DNA from: an uncultured Enterobacteriaceae bacterium
GTDB lineage: Bacteria; Pseudomonadota; Gammaproteobacteria; Pseudomonadales; Pseudohongiellaceae
Length of the DNA stretch: 64,000 bases
Direction of reading: 5' to 3'
NCBI GenBank assembly: GCA_964606735.1
Contig: CAZSHI010000007.1
Coordinates: 13,630 to 77,629, forward strand
Part shown: positions 50,150 to 61,057 of the stretch, piece after piece
Layout of the letters: each line of letters starts with the position of its first letter
Numbering within the stretch: position 1 is the first letter of the stretch
Notes under the pieces: generated by a model
Databases searched by the model: none
The model's input: only the letters and a program-made list of their open reading frames with translations
What the model was told of the DNA's origin: nothing
Position numbers and translations under genes: made by a program

Positions 50150-51684
50150 ATACGGCGCAGAGCATGTCGGAACAGATGAGTCTGTCCCTCTTGCTGGAAG
50201 GAGAACTCAAGATCCCCAAAAAGCTGGATGTTGTCCTAACCGGTATTGAGCTCGACAGTCGCAGGATAGAAGCCGGCGACCTATTTATCGCCTGCAAGGG
50301 GGCGAACTTTGATGGCAGGGACTTCGTTAATGAAGTTGTCACCAAAGGTGCCGCGGCTGTGCTGGTGGAAAAAGGGGATTTGTGGCAAGAAATTTCAACG
50401 GTAAATAATGTGCCGGTGGTCCCGGTCGATAAGCTGGCCTGCAGGCTGAGTAAAATCGCAGCAACATTTTTTGCCAATCCCGCCCGGCATCTCAATCTGA
50501 TTGGGATAACCGGAACTAATGGTAAAACCAGTATTTGCCAGTTTCTGGGTCAGTGTTTTACTAGCCTGGGCCATGTCTGTGGTGTCAGCGGAACTCTTGG
50601 CTACGGGCTCTTCGGTCAGGGCAATCAACAGATGTCCGCCGATTCTCCCGGAACAACGCCGGACTCGATTGCCGTGCAACGAATTTTTAGTGAACTGCTC
50701 AAGGCCAAAGCAGACACCATGGTGATGGAAGTGTCCTCGCATGGTCTCAAGCAGGGACGGGTCTGTGTCGATGAATTCGACATAGCCATTTTTACCAATC
50801 TGACACGCGATCACCTGGATTACCACGGTTCCATGCATGCCTATGGCGAAGAGAAGCTGAAACTCTTCAGTGGCGCGCGCCTGTCAACAGCAGTAGTCAA
50901 CATGGATGATCTGTTCAGTGCTGTCATCCTCAAGAATCTGTCTAAACGCGTGAACAGTTTTACCTACAGTTTGCGTGATCGTCGTGCAGATGTTTTCCCC
51001 GAAAATGTCGCGTTCACCCGGCACGGTTTTGAGCTGGATATTGTCAGCCCCTGGGGAGAGGGAACACTGCAAACGGGTCTGCTGGGGTCTTTTAATATCA
51101 GTAATCTACTGGCTGTGCTGACCACAGTATTGGCCAATGAAATGCCCAGGGGAAAGTTTACTTTTGAAGAGTTGCTGAAGCTTGTAGCTGGCGTGCAACC
51201 GGTAAAAGGTCGCATGGAATTAATTGGAGAGAAGTCAGTCGCCGTGGTTGTTGATTACGCACATACACCTGATGCACTCAAAAATGCCTTGCAGGCTCTG
51301 CATGAACATTACAAAGGAAAAATCTGTTGTGTTTTTGGCTGTGGTGGAGAAAGAGATCCGGGTAAGCGTCCGATGATGGCCCGTATAGCCGAGCGTCTGG
51401 CAGATAAGGTGATGGTGACTGATGACAATCCCCGGCAGGAATCGTCCGAGCAGATTATTCAGCAAATCCTCTCAGGTTTCAGTGATAGCGAAAAAGTCCG
51501 TGTGGAGAGTGATCGGGCCAAAGCCATTGAACTGGCAATCAATGAAGCCGAGCCCGGTGATGTGGTTCTGATTGCCGGTAAAGGTCATGAGGAATATCAG
51601 GATGTCGGAGGCAAGCGCATGCTGTTCAGTGATGTGAAGCAGGCACGAGTTTCATTAAGCAAACGTTTTCCAGAATCAGGTTGA
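50146..51684 (+). CDS. murE: UDP-MurNAc-tripeptide synthetase (meso-DAP-adding) MurE.
   Basis: GITGTNGKTS P-loop and the DNPR motif typical of DAP-adding enzymes. ATGA overlap with ftsI. Confidence 0.95.
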   Translation: MNTAQSMSEQMSLSLLLEGELKIPKKLDVVLTGIELDSRRIEAGDLFIACKGANFDGRDFVNEVVTKGAAAVLVEKGDLWQEISTVNNVPVVPVDKLACRLSKIAATFFANPARHLNLIGITGTNGKTSICQFLGQCFTSLGHVCGVSGTLGYGLFGQGNQQMSADSPGTTPDSIAVQRIFSELLKAKADTMVMEVSSHGLKQGRVCVDEFDIAIFTNLTRDHLDYHGSMHAYGEEKLKLFSGARLSTAVVNMDDLFSAVILKNLSKRVNSFTYSLRDRRADVFPENVAFTRHGFELDIVSPWGEGTLQTGLLGSFNISNLLAVLTTVLANEMPRGKFTFEELLKLVAGVQPVKGRMELIGEKSVAVVVDYAHTPDALKNALQALHEHYKGKICCVFGCGGERDPGKRPMMARIAERLADKVMVTDDNPRQESSEQIIQQILSGFSDSEKVRVESDRAKAIELAINEAEPGDVVLIAGKGHEEYQDVGGKRMLFSDVKQARVSLSKRFPESG

Positions 51685-51688
51685 GCAT

Positions 51689-53050
51689 GTGATCAGGGAA
51701 ATGCGTTTACAGGAAATTCAGGAATTGACGGGTGGCAGCTTGAGTAAAGCAGATGTCAGCTTCAATGCTGTGTCTATCGACAGCAGGACACTTGCCGCCG
51801 GTAATTTATATGTCGCCATCAAGGGTGAGCACTTCGACGGGAATGATTTTGTTGCCGAGGCAGAAAAAAAGGGGGCAGCTGGCGCAATAATCAACAGAGA
51901 AACGGAGACCGCTCTACCTACCTTGCAGGTAAAGGATACGCGTCTCGCACTGGGAAAAATCGGCCTGCATAACCGGCTCCTGAGTCAGGCAAAAGTGCTG
52001 GCCTTAACTGGTAGCCAGGGCAAAACCACCGTCAAGGAAATGACAGCCAGTATTCTGGCTGTGAGTGGCAAGGTGCTGAAGACTAAAGGCAATCTGAACA
52101 ACGATCTTGGGGTGCCTCTGACCCTGCTGCAGCTAGAGGCCGAGCATGAATTTGCCGTGATTGAGCTGGGAGCCAATGCGCCAGGCGAAATTGCCTACAG
52201 TTCTGCTTTTGTCAGGCCTCAGGTAGCGCATATCACCAATGTGGCGCCAACGCATCTGGAAGGTTTTGGTGACCTTGATGGTGTGGCCAGGGCCAAAGGA
52301 GAAATCTGGGAAAGCCTTGATGAAACAGGCATCGCTGTGGTCAATCTGGATGATGCTTATGCCGGCCAATGGATTGAGCAACTTAAAGGGAAAAGACTGG
52401 TGACGATCAGTGCGCTGGGTAAAAGCACTGCCGATTTCAGGGTAGCAGCACTTGAATTTAACGATGCCATGCACTCGCAGTTTATCTTGCATACCCCTGT
52501 CGGAGAGCTGTCGATAAAGCTGGCGTTGCCGGGTCATCACAATGTTTCCAATGCTCTGGCCGCTGCGGCCTTGAGCATACAGGCGGGAGCCGGTCTGTCG
52601 GCAGTCCAGCAAGGGCTGCAAAACATGCAGCCAGTCCCCGGGCGAATGACCCTTCGTAAAGGCTTCAAGCAAGCCGTCATTATTGATGATTCCTACAATG
52701 CCAGCCCGAGTTCGTTTCAGGCCGCCATTGATGTATTGGCGAGGCAACTGGGTACAACAATTATTGCCATGGGAGACATGGCAGAGCTGGGTTCGTATAC
52801 CGATGAAGCTCATCGGGAAATCGGAACTTATGCGAGACAAAAAGGCATCGATTTACTTTACACCATTGGCAGCAGCTCACAGCTGGCAACCGAAAGTTTC
52901 GGTAAAGATGCCAGGCATTTTACTCAAATGGATGCACTGGCACAGCATCTGATGTCCCTGCTTGACCCAACGGTAACCTTGTTGATCAAGGGTTCGCGCA
53001 GTGCGGGGATGGACAAGCTGGTTTCCACCTTAACCCAGGAAGGAGATTAA
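51689..53050 (+). CDS. murF: UDP-MurNAc-pentapeptide synthetase MurF.
   Basis: GSQGKTT P-loop. Start is the GTG at 51689 or the ATG at 51701. Confidence 0.94.
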   Translation: MIREMRLQEIQELTGGSLSKADVSFNAVSIDSRTLAAGNLYVAIKGEHFDGNDFVAEAEKKGAAGAIINRETETALPTLQVKDTRLALGKIGLHNRLLSQAKVLALTGSQGKTTVKEMTASILAVSGKVLKTKGNLNNDLGVPLTLLQLEAEHEFAVIELGANAPGEIAYSSAFVRPQVAHITNVAPTHLEGFGDLDGVARAKGEIWESLDETGIAVVNLDDAYAGQWIEQLKGKRLVTISALGKSTADFRVAALEFNDAMHSQFILHTPVGELSIKLALPGHHNVSNALAAAALSIQAGAGLSAVQQGLQNMQPVPGRMTLRKGFKQAVIIDDSYNASPSSFQAAIDVLARQLGTTIIAMGDMAELGSYTDEAHREIGTYARQKGIDLLYTIGSSSQLATESFGKDARHFTQMDALAQHLMSLLDPTVTLLIKGSRSAGMDKLVSTLTQEGD

Positions 53051-53056
53051 CCGCTC

Positions 53057-54139
53057 ATGTTACTTTGGCTGACAAATTATCTGGCGCAATTTAATTCCGG
53101 TTTTACGGTTTTTGAATACCTGACCCTGCGTGGCATTCTCGGGGTACTCACAGCCCTGTTAATTTCGCTGTTTATTGGGCCCTATGTCATCAGACATCTG
53201 AATTATCGACAGATAGGCCAGGTGGTTCGTGATGACGGACCGCAGACCCATTTAAGCAAGGCCGGGACACCAACGATGGGAGGTGCGCTGATTCTGATCA
53301 GCATCGTTATTGCCAGTCTGCTGTGGTCGGACCTGAGTTCAGCCTATGTCTGGACAGTACTATTCGTGACAGTTGGATTCGGTGTTATCGGCTGGGTTGA
53401 TGATTACCGAAAAATCTTTGAAAAAAATCCGAAGGGGCTGAGTCCTGGTTGGAAGTATTTCTGGCAGTCGATCATTGGTTTTACGGCTGCCTGCTATCTC
53501 TACTGGCATGCAGTCACGCCAGCAGAAACAGCTTTCATCGTCCCGTTTTTTAAGGACGTTGCACTCGAGCTGGGTCCCTTTTATGTATTTATCGCTTATT
53601 TTTTCATCGTTGGTTTCAGTAATGCCGTAAACCTGACCGATGGCCTGGACGGTCTGGCCATTCTGCCAACCGTGATGGTAGGCAGTGCGCTGGGCATTAT
53701 TGCGTATCTGGTTGGCAATACGGAATTTTCAGCCTACCTGAATATTCCCTATATCGCAGGCACCGGAGAACTGGTTGTTTTTTGTGGCGCCATGGCAGGA
53801 GCCGGCCTTGGTTTCCTGTGGTTTAACACTTACCCGGCACAGATATTTATGGGCGATGTCGGAGCTCTGGCGCTGGGAGCTGCGTTGGGCGCTGTTGCGG
53901 TAATTGCCAGGCATGAAATTGTGCTGGTCATCATGGGCGGTATTTTTGTGATGGAAACATTGTCGGTCATTTTACAGGTGGCATCCTTCAAGTTGACTGG
54001 GCGGCGTATTTTCAGAATGGCGCCCTTGCATCATCACTTTGAATTGAAAGGCTGGCCTGAACCACGGGTGATTGTCCGATTCTGGATTATCACCATTATT
54101 CTGGTCCTTTTCGGTCTGGGCACACTGAAGCTGCGATAG
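53057..54139 (+). CDS. mraY: Phospho-N-acetylmuramoyl-pentapeptide transferase.
   Basis: 360 aa, 10-[15 protein letters not shown] and PLHHHFE motifs. Confidence 0.97.
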   Translation: MLLWLTNYLAQFNSGFTVFEYLTLRGILGVLTALLISLFIGPYVIRHLNYRQIGQVVRDDGPQTHLSKAGTPTMGGALILISIVIASLLWSDLSSAYVWTVLFVTVGFGVIGWVDDYRKIFEKNPKGLSPGWKYFWQSIIGFTAACYLYWHAVTPAETAFIVPFFKDVALELGPFYVFIAYFFIVGFSNAVNLTDGLDGLAILPTVMVGSALGIIAYLVGNTEFSAYLNIPYIAGTGELVVFCGAMAGAGLGFLWFNTYPAQIFMGDVGALALGAALGAVAVIARHEIVLVIMGGIFVMETLSVILQVASFKLTGRRIFRMAPLHHHFELKGWPEPRVIVRFWIITIILVLFGLGTLKLR

Positions 54140-54157
54140 GAGTTTTGTAGAAAAGTC

Positions 54158-55501
54158 ATGCAAACCGCGCTACACAGAAACGGAAAAGTCATTGTCGGTC
54201 TCGGCCAGACAGGGCTTTCCTTTGCGCGCTATTTGCAGCGGCAGGGTGAGAGTTTTCGAATTGTGGACAGTCGTCAGCAGCCGCCCGGATTAGAGGAAGC
54301 CAGACAGGCATTTCCGCAGCTTGAGATCGAGTTGGGTGATTTTCAGGAACAGACCCTGCTGGCAGCAGAAGAATTACTGGTCAGTCCGGGAGTGGATTTA
54401 CGCCAGCCAGTATTCGATAAGGCAAGACAGGCCAAGATTCCCCTGAACAGTGATATCAGCATTTTTGCTGCAAGCATTCAGGCGCCAATTGCGGCGATAA
54501 CCGGTTCCAATGCCAAAAGCACTGTGGTCAGTTTGCTTGGTGTGATGGCAGAGCGGGCAGGTCTGGATGTTGCGGTGGCCGGCAATATTGGTAAGCCGGT
54601 TCTGGACCTGCTCGACGAAAAAGAGCGTCAGCTGTATGTCCTGGAGATTTCCAGTTTTCAACTGGAAAGCACTCATGAGCTTGGCGCTGAAGTGGCCTGT
54701 ATTCTTAATATAAGCACGGATCATATGGATCGCTATGATGCCGAGCAGGAGTATCTGACAGCTAAACAACGAATTTTCCAGAACTGCAAACAGGCAGTTG
54801 TGAACCGCGATGATCCCCTGACGTCGTTGGGCATTCCCGCATCGGCAAGACAGTGGAGTTACGGTCTTGATGCCGGCGGTCCTGATGAGTTCGGTCTGCT
54901 GGAAGTGGAGGGTGAAACTTGGCTGGCCTTCGATCAGCAGGCATTAATGCCTGCCAGTCAGGTCAAACTCGCCGGTCGGCATAATCTGGCAAATGCACTG
55001 GCAGCACTGGCACTCGGTCATGCGCTGGGTCTGGACATGCCGCTCATGCTGGCCGCTTTGCGTGACTTTGCGGGCTTAGCGCATCGCTGTCAGTTTATTG
55101 CCGACATTCAAGGCGTTAAATATTACAACGATTCCAAAGGTACCAATGTCGGTGCCAGCATTGCCGCACTTCAGGGCCTGGGTGGAGAAAACAATGTAAT
55201 ACTGCTGGCCGGAGGTCAGGGCAAGGGCGCGAATTTTAGTGACTTGCAGGAGAGCCTATCGCGCCACGCCAAACTGGTCATTGTTTACGGCGAAGATGCA
55301 AAACGAATCAGCCTGGCTATATCTCCAGTAGTGTCTGTCACAGCGGTCGACAATCTGCTTGCGGCGGTGGAGTTGGCGCACCAGCAAGCACAGCCAGGAG
55401 ATATTGTTTTATTGTCACCTGCCTGCGCCAGTTTTGACATGTTTGCGAATTTTGAGGAACGCGGCAGGGTATTTACAGCGGCGGTGGAGGCTCTGCACTG
55501 A
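54158..55501 (+). CDS. murD: UDP-MurNAc-L-alanine:D-glutamate ligase.
   Basis: GSNAKST P-loop and position in the cluster. Confidence 0.95.
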   Translation: MQTALHRNGKVIVGLGQTGLSFARYLQRQGESFRIVDSRQQPPGLEEARQAFPQLEIELGDFQEQTLLAAEELLVSPGVDLRQPVFDKARQAKIPLNSDISIFAASIQAPIAAITGSNAKSTVVSLLGVMAERAGLDVAVAGNIGKPVLDLLDEKERQLYVLEISSFQLESTHELGAEVACILNISTDHMDRYDAEQEYLTAKQRIFQNCKQAVVNRDDPLTSLGIPASARQWSYGLDAGGPDEFGLLEVEGETWLAFDQQALMPASQVKLAGRHNLANALAALALGHALGLDMPLMLAALRDFAGLAHRCQFIADIQGVKYYNDSKGTNVGASIAALQGLGGENNVILLAGGQGKGANFSDLQESLSRHAKLVIVYGEDAKRISLAISPVVSVTAVDNLLAAVELAHQQAQPGDIVLLSPACASFDMFANFEERGRVFTAAVEALH

Positions 55502-56694
55502 TGGCGACATTGGCGCAACAAGCGTTCAAACGTGAAAGGGAAGTAGTTTACCTGGGCGATCAGGGGCTGATTGTCTGCGTCCTCCTTCTGCTGATATTCG
55601 GCCTGATCATGATGACGTCGGCATCAATAGAAATTGCCAGCAGTGATTATGGTGATGCATTTTACTACCTGAAAAAACAGCTGATATTCATGGTGATGGG
55701 AGCCATTGCCGGGCTGGTTGTTTTCAATATTCCCATCAAGTTTTATCGCGCCTGGAGTATGCCACTCATGCTGCTGGGGATAGGTTTGCTGATGCTTGTG
55801 CTGATGCCGGGGATTGGCAGGGAAGTCAATGGTAGTACACGCTGGCTTAATCTTGGCTTTATGACATTACAGGTCTCCGAGCCGGCAAAAGTGTTCATTG
55901 TGATTTTCATTGCTGCTTACCTGAGCAGGCATCATCAATATGTCATCAGTAGCTGGAAAGGATTTGCTACGCCACTGGCTTTTATTGCTCTGCCAGTTTT
56001 GCTGCTCTTGAAAGAACCTGATTTTGGTGCGGTCGTTGTGCTCATGCTCTCGGTATTCGGCATGATGTTCCTGGCCGGGGTCAAACTATACCAGTTTGTG
56101 TTGTTAATTCTTGCTGCAGGCGGAGCAGGCGCTGCGCTGATTCTGTCATCTTCCTATCGTATTGCGCGGGTCAAATCATTCGTGGCGGCCCTTTCAGATC
56201 CTTTTAATGAGGACGTGGTCTTTGGATCCGGATATCAGTTGGCTCAGGCCTTGATAGCGTTTGGTCGGGGAGAATGGTTCGGGGTCGGCTTGGGTAACAG
56301 CATTCAAAAACTTTACTTTTTGCCCGAGCCGCACACCGATTTTGTACTGGCAATTATCGCCGAGGAGCTGGGCGTTATTACAGTCATAGCCTTGCTGGCC
56401 CTGTTCATGGTGTTTGTCTGGCGAGCCATGCTGATTGCCAGAAAAAATGAACAAAAAGGTGATTTCTTTCCTGCTTATCTTGCTTACGGTATTGCGCTGA
56501 TTTTCATGGGACAAATCATCATCAATGTCGGTGTAAATATCGGCTTGCTGCCGACCAAGGGTCTGACATTGCCATTTTTAAGCGCTGGCGGTTCCAGCCT
56601 GATTACCTGCATGGTAATGGTTGCTCTGCTGCTGAGAATCGATGTTGAAAATTTTGCCAGGGAAAACAACCTGAAAAGGGTGGTAAACCGATGA
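55501..56694 (+). CDS. ftsW: Lipid II flippase / SEDS glycosyltransferase FtsW.
   Basis: 397 aa SEDS-family polytopic protein. ATG overlaps the murD stop. Confidence 0.95.
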   Translation: MATLAQQAFKREREVVYLGDQGLIVCVLLLLIFGLIMMTSASIEIASSDYGDAFYYLKKQLIFMVMGAIAGLVVFNIPIKFYRAWSMPLMLLGIGLLMLVLMPGIGREVNGSTRWLNLGFMTLQVSEPAKVFIVIFIAAYLSRHHQYVISSWKGFATPLAFIALPVLLLLKEPDFGAVVVLMLSVFGMMFLAGVKLYQFVLLILAAGGAGAALILSSSYRIARVKSFVAALSDPFNEDVVFGSGYQLAQALIAFGRGEWFGVGLGNSIQKLYFLPEPHTDFVLAIIAEELGVITVIALLALFMVFVWRAMLIARKNEQKGDFFPAYLAYGIALIFMGQIIINVGVNIGLLPTKGLTLPFLSAGGSSLITCMVMVALLLRIDVENFARENNLKRVVNR

Positions 56695-57833
56695 GCCAGA
56701 CCAGTGCTAAAAAAGTTCTGATCATGGCCGGCGGTACCGGAGGACACATTTTCCCGGCCTTGAGTATTGCCCGTCACCTGCAATCTATGGGTGTGGTGGT
56801 TGAATGGTTAGGCACACGTAAAGGCATGGAGTCTCGTATCGTGCCTGAAACGGATATTCCGATTCACTATATTTCAGTTTCCGGATTACGGGGCAAGAGT
56901 CGCTTAACCATTTTGCTCTCGCCCTTCGTAATAACTCTGGCGATCTGCCAGGCGCTGGCAAAGCTGTGGTCCTGTAAACCCTGCTGTGTGCTTGGAATGG
57001 GCGGTTTTGTAACTGGACCAGGTGGGGTAGCTGCTTGGATGTTAGGAAAACCATTACTGATTCATGAACAAAATGCGATTGCTGGACTCAGCAACCAGAT
57101 CCTCAGTCCTCTGGCTACGGTTGTAATGGAGGGTTTTGCTGGAGCCTTCAAGCGTAAGCAGATGCTCAGCAAGCGAAGCTTAATAAGGTTTAAACCTGAC
57201 AAAGCAATTCATGTTGGTAATCCGTTGCGTAAAGAAGTACTTGACTGTGAGCCACCCGAGAAGCGTTTCGCAGGTAGGGAAGAGCAAAGGATTCGTCTGT
57301 TAATTGTAGGTGGTAGTCTCGGCGCCCAGGCTATTAATCGCTTTCTGCCGGAATTTCTTGCTGAATATTCGAACGCAAATAAAGTTGAGCTCTGGCACCA
57401 GTGTGGAAAAAATAATCTTGATGATTGTCTGCAAGCCTATAAGCAGGCGGGAATCAATACTGATGAAATCAAGGTGTCGGCCTTTATTGATGATATGGCC
57501 CAGGCCTATGCATGGGCTGATGTGGTTCTGTGCCGTGCCGGAGCATCCACGGTATCTGAAATTGCGGCGGTGGGCGTGCCGGCAGTATTTGTGCCATTTC
57601 CCCATGCGGTCGATGATCATCAGACAGAAAATGCCCTGATTCTGCAAAAACTGGGAGCAGCATGGATTATTCAACAGCATGAATTAAGTTCGACAAAACT
57701 TGCAGACATTCTGGATCGTTTCCTGGCAAATCGAGCACTGATTTTACAGACTGCATTGCTTGCACAGGAGGCAGCGAAACCGGAAGCAACAGAGACAGCG
57801 GCAGGCTATTGTATGGAGGCCTGTTATGTCTGA
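56691..57833 (+). CDS. murG: UDP-GlcNAc:lipid I N-acetylglucosaminyltransferase.
   Basis: [12 protein letters not shown] motif. ATGA overlap with ftsW. Confidence 0.95.
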   Translation: MSQTSAKKVLIMAGGTGGHIFPALSIARHLQSMGVVVEWLGTRKGMESRIVPETDIPIHYISVSGLRGKSRLTILLSPFVITLAICQALAKLWSCKPCCVLGMGGFVTGPGGVAAWMLGKPLLIHEQNAIAGLSNQILSPLATVVMEGFAGAFKRKQMLSKRSLIRFKPDKAIHVGNPLRKEVLDCEPPEKRFAGREEQRIRLLIVGGSLGAQAINRFLPEFLAEYSNANKVELWHQCGKNNLDDCLQAYKQAGINTDEIKVSAFIDDMAQAYAWADVVLCRAGASTVSEIAAVGVPAVFVPFPHAVDDHQTENALILQKLGAAWIIQQHELSSTKLADILDRFLANRALILQTALLAQEAAKPEATETAAGYCMEACYV

Positions 57834-59268
57834 GATGCAAAACAAAAAGCTCATCTCCAGCGTGCCTGAAATGCGGCGTATCAGCAATATACATTTTATT
57901 GGTATTGGTGGTGCCGGCATGAGCGGTATTGCAGAAGTGCTGCTAAATCAGGGCTACAAGATCAGCGGTTCTGATATTGCGCCAAGTAAAACCTGCGCCA
58001 GGCTCGAAAAGCTTGGGGCAAAAATTTATATCGGACATAAAGCCCGCCATGTTGAAGATTCTGATGTGGTTGTTATTTCCAGCGCGGTTAATGAAAGCAA
58101 CAATGAAATCAGGGCAGCCATCAAGCGCCGCATTCCGATAATCCGGCGCGCTGAAATGCTGGCTGAATTAATGCGTTATCGACATGCAGTTGTCATAGCG
58201 GGTACGCATGGTAAAACCACCACTACCAGCATGATTGCCTCAGTTTTTGCACAGGGAAAACTAGACCCTACTTTTGTGATAGGCGGGTTGCTTAACAGTG
58301 CCGGCACCAATGCCAAACTGGGTACCAGTAGATACATGGTGGCAGAAGCAGATGAAAGTGACGCATCCTTCCTGCACCTTTTACCAATGGTAGCGGTTGT
58401 CACAAATATTGATGACGATCATATGCAGACTTACGGAAGTGATTTTGAAAAACTGAAGCGAACCTTTGTGGAGTTTTTACACAACCTGCCTTTCTATGGC
58501 TTGGCTGTTTTATGTGCAGATGATCCAGTCATTCAGGAGCTGATGCCACAGGTTTCAAGGCCGATACTGACTTACGGTTTTTCAGAACAGGCCGATTTCA
58601 GGATCAAGGAAATATCCCAGCAAAACCAGCATACCAGTTTCAGTGTCAGTAAGCCGGACAAAGGCGAACTATCACTGACCCTGAGTATGCCCGGTGCGCA
58701 CAATGTGCTGAATGCCACAGCAGCAATTGCGGTGGCAAGCGATCAGGGTCTTTCTGATGAAGACATCATTCAGGGGCTGGAAAGATTTGAAGGTGTGGGC
58801 AGGCGTTTCGAGATGCACGGTGAACTTCAGTTTAGCAGAGGTAGTGCCATGCTTGTTGATGATTATGGGCACCATCCCACAGAGGTGGCAGCCAATATCA
58901 AAGCCGTGCGGGCAGGCTGGCCAGACAAACGACTGGTGATGATCTATCAGCCACATCGTTACAGCCGTACCCAGGACCTATATGACGATTTCGTCTCCGT
59001 TTTGTCTGAGGTTGATTTGCTGCTGATGCTGGATGTCTATCCGGCTGGCGAGAAAGCGATACGAGGAGCGGACAGTAAAAGTCTATGTCGCAGTATCCGG
59101 CAGCGCGGACAACTGGACCCGGTATTTGTAAAAGAACTTCAGGAGCTCCCGGCTTTGCTGGATGAGTTACTAGAGGATGGTGATCTGCTGATAACCCAGG
59201 GCGCAGGCAGTGTTGGTTTACTGTCTGCCCGTCTGGCACAGGATGGTCTTGCAGGAGACTGGAGCTAA
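57826..59268 (+). CDS. murC: UDP-MurNAc:L-alanine ligase.
   Basis: Start set to the ATG at 57826 (MSEMQNKK...). Contains [13 protein letters not shown] and GTHGKTTT. Confidence 0.95.
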   Translation: MSEMQNKKLISSVPEMRRISNIHFIGIGGAGMSGIAEVLLNQGYKISGSDIAPSKTCARLEKLGAKIYIGHKARHVEDSDVVVISSAVNESNNEIRAAIKRRIPIIRRAEMLAELMRYRHAVVIAGTHGKTTTTSMIASVFAQGKLDPTFVIGGLLNSAGTNAKLGTSRYMVAEADESDASFLHLLPMVAVVTNIDDDHMQTYGSDFEKLKRTFVEFLHNLPFYGLAVLCADDPVIQELMPQVSRPILTYGFSEQADFRIKEISQQNQHTSFSVSKPDKGELSLTLSMPGAHNVLNATAAIAVASDQGLSDEDIIQGLERFEGVGRRFEMHGELQFSRGSAMLVDDYGHHPTEVAANIKAVRAGWPDKRLVMIYQPHRYSRTQDLYDDFVSVLSEVDLLLMLDVYPAGEKAIRGADSKSLCRSIRQRGQLDPVFVKELQELPALLDELLEDGDLLITQGAGSVGLLSARLAQDGLAGDWS

Positions 59269-59273
59269 AAGCT

Positions 59274-60200
59274 ATGGCAGACGAGTTTGGCAGAGTTGCA
59301 GTTTTGATGGGCGGAGATTCTTCCGAACGGGAGATTTCGCTGCTCAGCGGCAATGCTGTCCTGGAAGCCCTGCTGACCAGCGGAGTTGATGCAATAGGCA
59401 TTGATACGGGAAAAGACTTTTTTGCAGCCATTAGCGGGGAAATCTTTGATCGGGCTTTCATTATGCTGCATGGCAGTCATGGTGAGGACGGGCGGGTTCA
59501 GGCAGTGCTTGATCTGATGAACATTCCCTATACCGGCAGTGGTCACATGGCAAGCGCACTGGCGATGGATAAAGTGCGCAGCAAACTGATCTGGATGGCT
59601 CAGGGTTTGCCGACACCTGAATTTGAACTGCTGTATGACAGTACTGACTGGCAAGCTGTCATCGACAGACTTGGCGACTGTTTCGTCAAGCCGGTCAATG
59701 ATGGTTCCAGCCTGGGGATTAAACAGGCCAATGATCCGGAATCGCTGAAGGAAGCCTTTGAATATGCCTGCCAGTTCGATGATGTGGTAATGGCGGAAAG
59801 CAAGATTGAGGGTCCGGAATATACCGTGCCAATCGTGAACAGGCAGGTGCTTCCAGCTATTGAACTGAGGCCTAAGAATGCCTTTTATGATTATGAAGCC
59901 AAGTATGAGGCTGATGATACTGAGTACTTGTGCCCCTGTGACCTGAATGATGAAGAGGACCAGAGTATCCGAAGCCTTTCCGGTGAAGCCTATCAGTTGA
60001 TTGGTTGTGAAGGTTGGGGGCGAGTTGACCTGATGCGTGACAGGGAAGGCACTTTCTGGTTGCTGGAAGTCAATACCGTACCCGGGATGACCAGTCACTC
60101 ACTGGTACCCAAGTCAGCCAGCGTTGCTGGTATGGATTTCAATACTTTGGTTCTGGAAATACTGAAGGGCAGTTTGCAAAAAGAGGTGCAAGACAGGTGA
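59274..60200 (+). CDS. ddl: D-alanine--D-alanine ligase.
   Basis: 308 aa, ATP-grasp fold. Ends its core with ...EVNTVPGMTSHSLVPK. Confidence 0.95.
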   Translation: MADEFGRVAVLMGGDSSEREISLLSGNAVLEALLTSGVDAIGIDTGKDFFAAISGEIFDRAFIMLHGSHGEDGRVQAVLDLMNIPYTGSGHMASALAMDKVRSKLIWMAQGLPTPEFELLYDSTDWQAVIDRLGDCFVKPVNDGSSLGIKQANDPESLKEAFEYACQFDDVVMAESKIEGPEYTVPIVNRQVLPAIELRPKNAFYDYEAKYEADDTEYLCPCDLNDEEDQSIRSLSGEAYQLIGCEGWGRVDLMRDREGTFWLLEVNTVPGMTSHSLVPKSASVAGMDFNTLVLEILKGSLQKEVQDR

Positions 60201-61006
60201 GTTTGCTCAAGCGCAACAATAAAGGACGGGGAGCCAGTATGCGAAGTCGCCAGCAAAGCAGCAACTTGCAGCGTGTGTTCCCTGTCTTGAAAAAAGCCGT
60301 GCTTGCGTCCCTCTTGCTGGCCTTGCTTGCCTTGCTGGGCCTCAATTCCCGGGCTGTTTTTGATGATGTGGCAAGCCAGCGTATTGAGTTTGTCGTGATC
60401 GAAGGTGAGCTACTGCGGGTAACTGAAAACGATGTGCAGGCGGCGGTTTTCAATTTTATTAACCGCAGCATGGTGTCGGTAGATCTTGATCAGGTCAAGG
60501 CGGCTCTCGAAGGCAATGCCTGGATTAAAAGTGCAAGCCTCCGGCGCAAGTGGCCCAACACCTTGATTGTTGATGTGACAGAAGAAGTGCCAATTGCCCG
60601 CTGGGGAGACAGCCAGTTATTGAATCAGGACGGCAACATCTTTTCGCCACCCGTGGTGGATTTGCAACTAAATCTGGCGAAGCTGTCGGGTCCGCCAGGT
60701 AGTGAAAAGCGGGTCATGGAGCAGTACCAGGTGTTTAACCAGCTTCTGTATCCGAAAAATATTCGGATAGCCAGCCTGGATCTGAACACTCGGGGAGCCT
60801 GGACAGTAAAGCTGATTAATGGAGTGACATTATCTGTCGGCAGTATCAGCCCGGTTATGCGGGTGCGCCGTTTTGCCCGGATCTATGACACTGTGTTTGC
60901 CGCTCATATGGCAGACATAGAACGTTTTGATCTGCGTTATGAAGATGGAATAGCCGTAGCCTATAAAACAGCGGCGACAAATGAAGCACTGGTTTCAATG
61001 CAGTGA
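60197..61006 (+). CDS. ftsQ: Cell division protein FtsQ.
   Basis: A single TM helix followed by a POTRA domain. GTGA overlap with ddl. Confidence 0.88.
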   Translation: MSLLKRNNKGRGASMRSRQQSSNLQRVFPVLKKAVLASLLLALLALLGLNSRAVFDDVASQRIEFVVIEGELLRVTENDVQAAVFNFINRSMVSVDLDQVKAALEGNAWIKSASLRRKWPNTLIVDVTEEVPIARWGDSQLLNQDGNIFSPPVVDLQLNLAKLSGPPGSEKRVMEQYQVFNQLLYPKNIRIASLDLNTRGAWTVKLINGVTLSVGSISPVMRVRRFARIYDTVFAAHMADIERFDLRYEDGIAVAYKTAATNEALVSMQ

Positions 61007-61057
61007 TGGGCACTATGAGTAAAAAAGTATGCATGTTAACAAGGTGGGCTCAGCGCG

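Noticed and set aside
59265-60098. 277-aa ORF antisense to ddl, plus the adjoining 187-aa antisense ORF at 58898-59461.
   Set aside because: It lies entirely inside well-supported ddl/murC coding sequence on the other strand. It has no recognisable motif or ribosome-binding site. Its composition (Gln/Ile/His/Phe-rich, low complexity) is typical of shadow frames.
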